A stretch of DNA of 39,294 nt from Fonticula-like sp. SCN 57-25 (lineage: Eukaryota): the NCBI GenBank assembly GCA_001724245.1, contig MEDX01000031.1, forward strand, positions 1 through 39,294. Reading direction: 5' to 3'. Within the stretch, counting starts at the first letter, position 1. Every line of letters begins with the position of its first letter. Of the stretch, positions 36,896 to 39,294 are shown piece by piece. A program made the position numbers and the translations under genes. The notes under the pieces are model-generated. The model did not search any database. It was not told where the DNA came from and saw nothing but the letters and a program-made list of their open reading frames with translations.

Positions 36896-38080
36896 ATACA
36901 ATAATAGTTGGAGACTTCGAAAACCACAAAATGTGGCTGCGCGGTTGGCATGTTAAGAAGCGGTTGGCGTGTTGGGAAAAAGCCCTTGGCATGTTAACGG
37001 CGATAGGTCACAGCGTCCTGCGACTTCCGTAGGGCGTCGCAAATGGTTTTCTACTATCCTCTTGATTGCAGACAGAGCAGTTCACAGCCTTTTTAAGACC
37101 GGTCTGATATTTATGAAGTCGATTAACGAGGCCTATGGGTCGGACAACACAAGCTGGCGCTTTCGGTGAGCTTGCATAATATGTAGCGCAGGGCCCAAAC
37201 GTGCATTCGAATAACAGCCAGTGACGAAAATCGAACGAGAATGACGCTAGGAGCCCACCATACGTGGAAATCGACTATTGTGGGTTCGTGGTTTACTTCA
37301 AGCGAAACGGCAAGGAACGTGTCCGCGGAAGAGCATACTCCTCCTGTCAAGAGAGGCAAAAGTATTGAAATAGACTGTCCCGAAGGAACTGGCATTTGAA
37401 TTAAAAGCTTTTTAAGTGTCCTCGTTTCTATGCAAGTCATCGGGAATCCACTTGATACGACAATGTGTCCATATCCGCAGATGATTGATGATACAGCCAA
37501 CGAATCACATGGATTTGAATCGCGTATCATGCGTCGTGATTGGTTAGATCAATTTTTATGCCGACTCGCCCGCCCACGAATCCGTCAGACTAGACTAACC
37601 AAAAAATAAAAATAAGCGACTATGGTACTACTGAACGGTGCACTAGGGCGGTTGTGCTGTGTTGTGCCACGCGCAGCTGAGAGTATGATAATGTCTGTGT
37701 TATTGGAAGATAAACAGGCCACTGAAAGTTTTTTAGAACCTCAAGACCCCGAAATATAGCCCCACAAAATATAGCCCCACTAATGCGTTCCGTATCGCAG
37801 CACATACACCGACCCAAATCCTATTCTATCCATAATGTGCAGGATCGAATGACTAACAGAAAGAACTTTGGTGATGTGGCAGATGATGCAGTTGTGAGTG
37901 TCATTAAATTGGCTAAGTATTTTTTTCTAACCAGTGCTATGTACAGTCCTATATTCTGTTCTGTACTTTAAAGGACGAGAAAGAAGGCCCTTTGCCTGTG
38001 AAAATTTCCGTAAAGGTGTTCGTTCCGTTCTGATCTGACAAACTTGTGCAGGAATCTCTCTCCTCTTGGATGCATTGTCT

Positions 38081-38372
38081 GGAATCACCTCTACCACCCA
38101 ACACACGGGCCGCACCCTCTGGCGTCACGCGTAGCAGCCCTCTGAGCAGTGTCATTCGACTCGCCTCGTCACGAGCTCTCGAACGCACTTTAAATCATCG
38201 CTCTGCGACAAGTATTCGCGCAGATGCCAGGAACCACCTCTACCACCCTGCACGGGCCGCGCCCTCTGGCTTCACGCGTAGCAGCCCTCTGAGCAGTGTC
38301 ATTCGACTCGCCTCGTTACGAGCTCTCGAACGCACTTTAAAGCATCGCTCTACGACAAGTATTCGCGGAGAT
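38081..38372. repeat. Tandem direct duplication of ~145 bp (38081-38225 and 38230-38372)
   Basis: Two copies differing by about 7 substitutions and one small indel. Confidence 0.95.
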
Positions 38373-39294
38373 ACGAGCACCCGCAACACAAGGTCAACAG
38401 GAGTCGCCGTCCGATCCCTTCACGGTCAACCATCGGCCCAGACAACTGCCTCACGATCGAGTCGACACCATCGCTGCCCCAGCACATGCGCACACACGTG
38501 CTAGGCAATTAGGACGTTCACACGCAGGACCAATAACGCGCACTGTAGCTGACCGGCAGGACGCCCTCGCCAATAGGACGCCTCGTAGTATATATCCGAC
38601 TGGTCGAGCCTTTGCTTAAAATAGTGTGGAATTTGCTTTGTGGCACTGTTCTTACGTGTGCTTTCTTTGCTGGTCTGGTATATTCCATTTGTTTTCCAAA
38701 GCCATGGTATTAAGCAGCGCATTATTAGCGCACCAAGTCTGCTCCCTTTGCAAAATTATATGCAAAGGGGTCTAAGCAGATCAGAGAAGGACTTCACCTC
38801 TGGACGACTCCGCGTGAGGTCTTGCTTGACCCGCGAGTCGTGCCTCTCCTGACGACGCTCCCCTCGTCGTTCACTACCCTGACGTTGTCGCAGAGAAAAC
38901 ATAAGACTTTTGACAACAACACAATATGCATTCTCGTGGCAAGCGGCGAAGCCGTCGTCCATATTGCGGCGACGACGCCACCACGCCGCCGTCCCGCCCG
39001 TCATCCTTGTGGATCGCGAGAGCCGCGCTTGCCGCCAGGGCTCACGCATCGGCCACTACAACGTTACTTCGGTTCTCGAGCACGCACGCGGTCCGGTGGC
39101 AGTTTCGAAATGAGGCTTTCTCTGACAAGGAAGGCCTCCTGGACAAAAACCCGCCAAGCTCCATGCACCCAGGAGTACCGGAAACGCGCCTCTCCTCTCC
39201 ACCGCCCAAGCAGTCGTCAAGGCGCTCCGCCCGCTCGCCAACCACATGCTGGTGTTCCAGCTCGGCTCGACGTCCGGCTCGACGCTCGAGGAAG

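Noticed and set aside
37123..37530. 135-aa minus-strand ORF
   Set aside because: Its codon usage is unlike the neighbouring genes and it has no recognisable motif.

Overview
Gene-dense nuclear DNA of a unicellular eukaryote. Coding sequence is GC-rich, most spliceosomal introns are ~45-60 nt with GTRCGY donors, and the genetic code is standard. About 18 protein genes can be rebuilt by splicing: DnaJ/TMEM185-like, SFT2, PMT2-type O-mannosyltransferase, MET2, LSM14/Scd6, a stand-alone myosin-TH1 protein, an orphan, ubiquitin-RPS27A, DMAP1/Swc4, HOOK, R3H-SUZ, importin-alpha/TMCO6-like, mitochondrial IF3, SLX4, SKA1, WD40-SAM-U-box, SEC23D-like and a GT32 glycosyltransferase. The best novelty candidate is a tRNA-Arg(CCT)-like Pol III unit whose acceptor stem is broken but which carries a 13-bp GNRA-capped hairpin just before its T6 terminator. 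Also notable: a 73-bp symmetric bidirectional PMT/MET2 promoter, a GC-AG intron with a lineage-type donor (GCACGC), a possible GA-AG or exonised intron, a higher-order 10-bp tandem array upstream of SLX4, and a gene-poor right end containing repeats. All calls come from reading motifs by eye; no database searches were run.
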